A stretch of DNA of 17,928 nucleotides from Candidatus Micrarchaeota archaeon (GTDB taxonomy: Archaea; B1Sed10-29; JAJRYS01). The stretch lies in contig CAZBZN010000011.1 of NCBI GenBank assembly GCA_964496415.1, positions 3,349-21,276 of the forward strand, written 5' to 3'. Below are positions 14,984 through 17,928 of the stretch, piece after piece. Both the position numbers and the translations under genes were made by a program. Below the pieces are notes generated by a model. That model was not told the DNA's origin. It did not search any database and saw only the letters and a program-made list of their open reading frames with translations. Numbering within the stretch: position 1 is the first letter of the stretch; each line of letters begins with the position of its first letter.

Positions 14984-16090
14984 TCACATAACAACCCCAC
15001 TTAACAAAACCACACCCATCAAAATCATTATTATCCCAGCAATTAAGTGAAGTACTCTAAGTTTTTTCTGCCTCCACTTTTCTGCTTCTTCAGTTTTAGC
15101 TATTCCAAAGTATACAGCAGCAGTTATCAAAATCATTGGAAGAACAAATACTGCATTGTAAAGTAAGAGCCATGGAATAGCATAAGCTCTTGTTGCCTGC
15201 CTTGCAAGCAAGCCAAGAATCACAAGATAAGGCCCACTAGTGCATGGAAGCAAAAACAAGCTTACTATAAGCCCTACTATGAAAGCACCTGGAACACTTA
15301 CAACGCTTCTTATGATTCTTTTCATAGTAGGCCTCCATGACCTTGGGACTTCCATTACAAAACCAAAAGCACCAAACTTAAAGAAATCCTTCAAGTTAAA
15401 CAAACCAACTACCAACGCAAGAAAGCCTACTGCTTTGTAAAAGTAGTAAGTCAATCCAGTTAACTGCACTGCAGTAAATATCCCCAAGCCCATCAGAAAG
15501 TAAGAGATATAAACAGCAATAGTAAAAGCAAGCCCAGAGAAAAGAACTTTTTTCTTAGTGCCTGCTGCTAACACGGTTGTAAGAAGAATTATTAATACTG
15601 CAAAAGCACAAGGATTTATAGCATCAACAGCAGCAGCTGTTACCACTAATGCTAAAGTTAGTCCTTTTTTAAAACTAGTAGGTGAAACTTCCTTAGAGTA
15701 AGAAACTTGGGAAGAACTCATATTTTTAGTAACAAAATCCCAAGGGTCAACACACCCACTAGCAGCACACTCTTCAATAACCTCTCTTATCCCTTCTTTC
15801 ATTGAAGAAGAATACCCAATGAAAGCTCTGTCTCCTATGAAGTAAGTAGGTACTCCTTCTACTTCTATGCCATAAGCTTCAGCATACTTGTAAAACTTTT
15901 CAAGGTTAGATGAGTTATGATAAACTTCAAATTTTGAAACCTTCAATTCAGGAAATTCTTGTTGTAGAGAACTCAAATAATTTAATAAAGCAGCACAGTG
16001 CGGGCATCCTTCACCATAAAACACATGAACATTAACAGGATAAGAAAAACCAACCAATGCTAGTAAAAAGAATAACAATGCTTTCTTCAT
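14984..16090 (-). CDS. thioredoxin/glutaredoxin-domain plus CcdA/DsbD-type transmembrane electron-transfer protein
   Basis: Signal peptide, FYGEGCPHC, GVPT; TM domain with DAINPCAF and LPCTSGPY; SD GGAAGTAGGA upstream. Confidence 0.85.
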   Translation of the reverse strand: MKKALLFFLLALVGFSYPVNVHVFYGEGCPHCAALLNYLSSLQQEFPELKVSKFEVYHNSSNLEKFYKYAEAYGIEVEGVPTYFIGDRAFIGYSSSMKEGIREVIEECAASGCVDPWDFVTKNMSSSQVSYSKEVSPTSFKKGLTLALVVTAAAVDAINPCAFAVLIILLTTVLAAGTKKKVLFSGLAFTIAVYISYFLMGLGIFTAVQLTGLTYYFYKAVGFLALVVGLFNLKDFFKFGAFGFVMEVPRSWRPTMKRIIRSVVSVPGAFIVGLIVSLFLLPCTSGPYLVILGLLARQATRAYAIPWLLLYNAVFVLPMILITAAVYFGIAKTEEAEKWRQKKLRVLHLIAGIIMILMGVVLLSGVVM

Positions 16091-16111
16091 TCCTACTTCC
16101 CTCCTATTTGC

Positions 16112-16411
16112 TTATGCTTCTTCAATTGCTTCTTTTACTGTCTTATTAGAAACTACCCTTATTTTAATTCCTTTTGTTTTTAATGCTTGAATCATATTAG
16201 GGCCAAAGTTCCCTGCTATCACTTCTTCTACTCCTTCTTTTGCAAGCAGGTGAGCTACTGAAAAGCCAGCTCCTCCTCCAAACATGAAAGGATTTTTTAA
16301 GGTCTTCACTAGCTTTTTATTTTCGTAAATTAAAAAGAAAGGAGCTCTTCCGCCTACATTACTCACCATAGAGTCTTCAGTGCTTCCAGTTGAAGCAACA
16401 GCTATCTTCAA
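16112..16411 (-). CDS. NifB/NifX (dinitrogenase FeMo-cofactor) family protein
   Basis: MKIAVAS, GRAPFFLI, NP..GGGAG, VIAGNFGPN. Confidence 0.88.
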   Translation of the reverse strand: MKIAVASTGSTEDSMVSNVGGRAPFFLIYENKKLVKTLKNPFMFGGGAGFSVAHLLAKEGVEEVIAGNFGPNMIQALKTKGIKIRVVSNKTVKEAIEEA

Positions 16412-16416
16412 TTAAA

Positions 16417-16926
16417 TCACCCCGCAATTTTTTCAACAATTAACCCTTGAATGACAGAAAATATTATCATGACACATGTTAATATAATTAAAGTTTTAAA
16501 ACCAAAGTAAGCAGCAAACAAAGGCATTAAAGGAAGCTTTACAGCCCTGTTGTAAAGAAAACATGCAATAAATGCTGTTCTTACTCCTTTTTCTTTAAGA
16601 TCACTTAAGAAAGGATACCACAAGTAAATTGGTCCTGTTGAAAGCACTCCTCCTATTATTGAAAAAAGCCATCCTTTCACTCCAGCACTGCTTCCAAGCC
16701 ACTTTACAAGAGTTTCATTACTCACAAAGCAGTTAACCAAAAACATTAAAATGAAGACTAAAAATAATACTGGAATGACCTTAACAAATATTCCTGCTGA
16801 AAAACCAAGTGCCTTAAAGAATATGGTCTTATCCACAGTAAAAACTATCAAATATAAAAACAAGATTAAAAAAATGAAAAGTACTTTCATATTTTCAGTG
16901 ATTATTCTGAAGTTCATATCAACCAC
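16417..16926 (-). CDS. DUF318/ArsP-like permease subunit; start may be ATG 16917 or 16893
   Basis: Hydrophobic; GGVLSTGPIYLWYPFLSDLKEKG, YNRAVKLP. Confidence 0.75.
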   Translation of the reverse strand: MVDMNFRIITENMKVLFIFLILFLYLIVFTVDKTIFFKALGFSAGIFVKVIPVLFLVFILMFLVNCFVSNETLVKWLGSSAGVKGWLFSIIGGVLSTGPIYLWYPFLSDLKEKGVRTAFIACFLYNRAVKLPLMPLFAAYFGFKTLIILTCVMIIFSVIQGLIVEKIAG

Positions 16927-17330
16927 ATTAATAAGACAGTAACGACTGCCACTATTACTGATAATATAAAACTAATGAAGTTACGCGTGAGGGCAAATTT
17001 TTTACCAAGCATGATTGATTCTGCTGGCAGTTGAACTATTCCAACTGTCACCCATGCAACTATGAAAGAAAGAACAGCAACCAAACTTACTCCTTGAGAT
17101 AAAAGCTCTCCTCCAATCACATAACTAGTCACTGGATTTCCTGCCAACACACTTCCAATAGTAGAACCTATCCATGGATCTATCAATAAACTTCCCTTGA
17201 ATACGTGCTGATAAAAGCTTTTTGGAACAACTGAGTTAAACAACCCTACAAGTAAAATAACGCCAAACAGTACTGGAAAATTGTTCAACAATGACTTTGC
17301 AGCAGAAGTTAATGCTTTTTTCTTATTCAT
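16914..17330 (-). CDS. DUF318/ArsP-like permease subunit
   Basis: Hydrophobic; GSVLAGNPVTSYVIGGELL..GVS, AWVTVGIVQLPAE...LGKKFA..RN. Confidence 0.8.
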   Translation of the reverse strand: MNKKKALTSAAKSLLNNFPVLFGVILLVGLFNSVVPKSFYQHVFKGSLLIDPWIGSTIGSVLAGNPVTSYVIGGELLSQGVSLVAVLSFIVAWVTVGIVQLPAESIMLGKKFALTRNFISFILSVIVAVVTVLLMWLI

Positions 17331-17693
17331 TTATTCACCTTTTAAGTGTTTGCAGGGATTAGCAGAGTCAGTGAGTTTGTTTTCTAAAAAAGAATTAACT
17401 ACTTCACTTATGCTTCCAGAACACCCTTTAATGACTTTTATTCCCTGTTGGTTTAAGGAGTTTATTGCCCTTGGACCTATACCATCACATAAAACATAAT
17501 CTGGCTTAAAGCCTGCAATGAACTCCACTACAACATAAGGTCTATGATTCTCTACAAAAGGATTAGCCACTGCTTTAAAATCCTGAACTTTGTTTTCTTT
17601 TACTGTTATTACTATAAAAAAAGGGCAGCGGCCAAAGTGTTCTGCTACTTTACTGTCTAAACTGTTTCCTTCTGAAGGAACTGCTATTATCAT
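17331..17693 (-). CDS. NifB/NifX family protein
   Basis: MIIAVPS, VAEHFGRCPFF, GIGPRA, C-terminal NPCKH. ATG 17693 preferred over GTG 17702. Confidence 0.88.
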   Translation of the reverse strand: MIIAVPSEGNSLDSKVAEHFGRCPFFIVITVKENKVQDFKAVANPFVENHRPYVVVEFIAGFKPDYVLCDGIGPRAINSLNQQGIKVIKGCSGSISEVVNSFLENKLTDSANPCKHLKGE

Positions 17694-17709
17694 ATAACTC
17701 ACTGATTAT

Positions 17710-17928
17710 TCATTCTAATTCTTTTAATCTTTTTTTAAGTTCTTCTAAATATCTTTCAATATCCTTTATTTCTGCTTGTATTTCTGCTTTTTCTTCTTCT
17801 TTTGTTAATGGCTGGTAGGTTGCTGGATACACTGGCTGGTATGCTAATGCTCTTGCCCTCCAAGCGTATCCTCTACCTAATCCAAGGCCTCTGCCAAATC
17901 CTCTTCCAAATGGCCTAAATCCATATCC
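17710..17928 (-). CDS. 3' part of a DUF5320-like protein (Gly/Arg-rich plus coiled coil); 5' end lies outside the window
   Basis: Open frame GYGFRPFGRGFGRGLGLGRGYAWRARALAYQPVYPATYQPLTKEEEKAEIQAEIKDIERYLEELKKRLKELE* (TGA at 17712-17710). Not in the ORF track; this family is commonly found next to NifX/DUF134 genes. Confidence 0.75.
   Translation of the reverse strand, partial: GYGFRPFGRGFGRGLGLGRGYAWRARALAYQPVYPATYQPLTKEEEKAEIQAEIKDIERYLEELKKRLKELE

Noticed and set aside
846..17499. Many antisense or nested ORFs (e.g. 846-1145, 1405-1770, 10239-10646, 11235-11789, 12115-12840)
   Set aside because: Shadows of well-supported genes on the opposite strand; Ser/Phe/Leu-rich with no motifs.
16112..17693. 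Nitrogen fixation inferred from NifB/NifX-family genes
   Set aside because: No nifHDK or radical-SAM nifB in the window; stand-alone NifX-like proteins are common in non-diazotrophs.
17809..17845. Short direct repeat TGGCTGGTA / CTGGCTGGTA
   Set aside because: Encodes the repeated YQP in the low-complexity linker of the DUF5320-like protein.
1..17928. CRISPR arrays, tRNAs, transposases/integrases
   Set aside because: No spaced repeats, cloverleaf with T-loop motif, or recombinase motifs were seen in any spacer or ORF.

Overview
AT-rich archaeal chromosome segment with TATA boxes ~21-25 nt upstream of several starts and many apparently leaderless genes. The gene content suggests a small-genome, DPANN-like archaeon, but the lineage cannot be fixed from this window. 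In order: the 3' end of a COG1709-like regulator; a hypothetical gene and pyrG; a ~190-nt highly structured putative ncRNA with its own promoter and terminator that I cannot assign to any family; a start-less radical-SAM SPASM remnant overlapping a divergent HflX GTPase; a metallopeptidase preceded by a hairpin-containing spacer; a seven-gene minus-strand operon (49-aa Zn finger missing from the ORF track, Rnl3/Pab1020 RNA ligase, degenerate M29 peptidase, M24 peptidase, PAP2, two membrane proteins); an M50-CBS protease; a nucleotide-salvage operon (R15P isomerase, YunC/DUF1805, AMP phosphorylase); a lipoprotein; protein-only RNase P (HARP); a stand-alone 5S rRNA; and a DUF5320/NifX/split-permease/thioredoxin-CcdA/DUF134 cluster. 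All family calls come from motif recognition by eye, not database searches.
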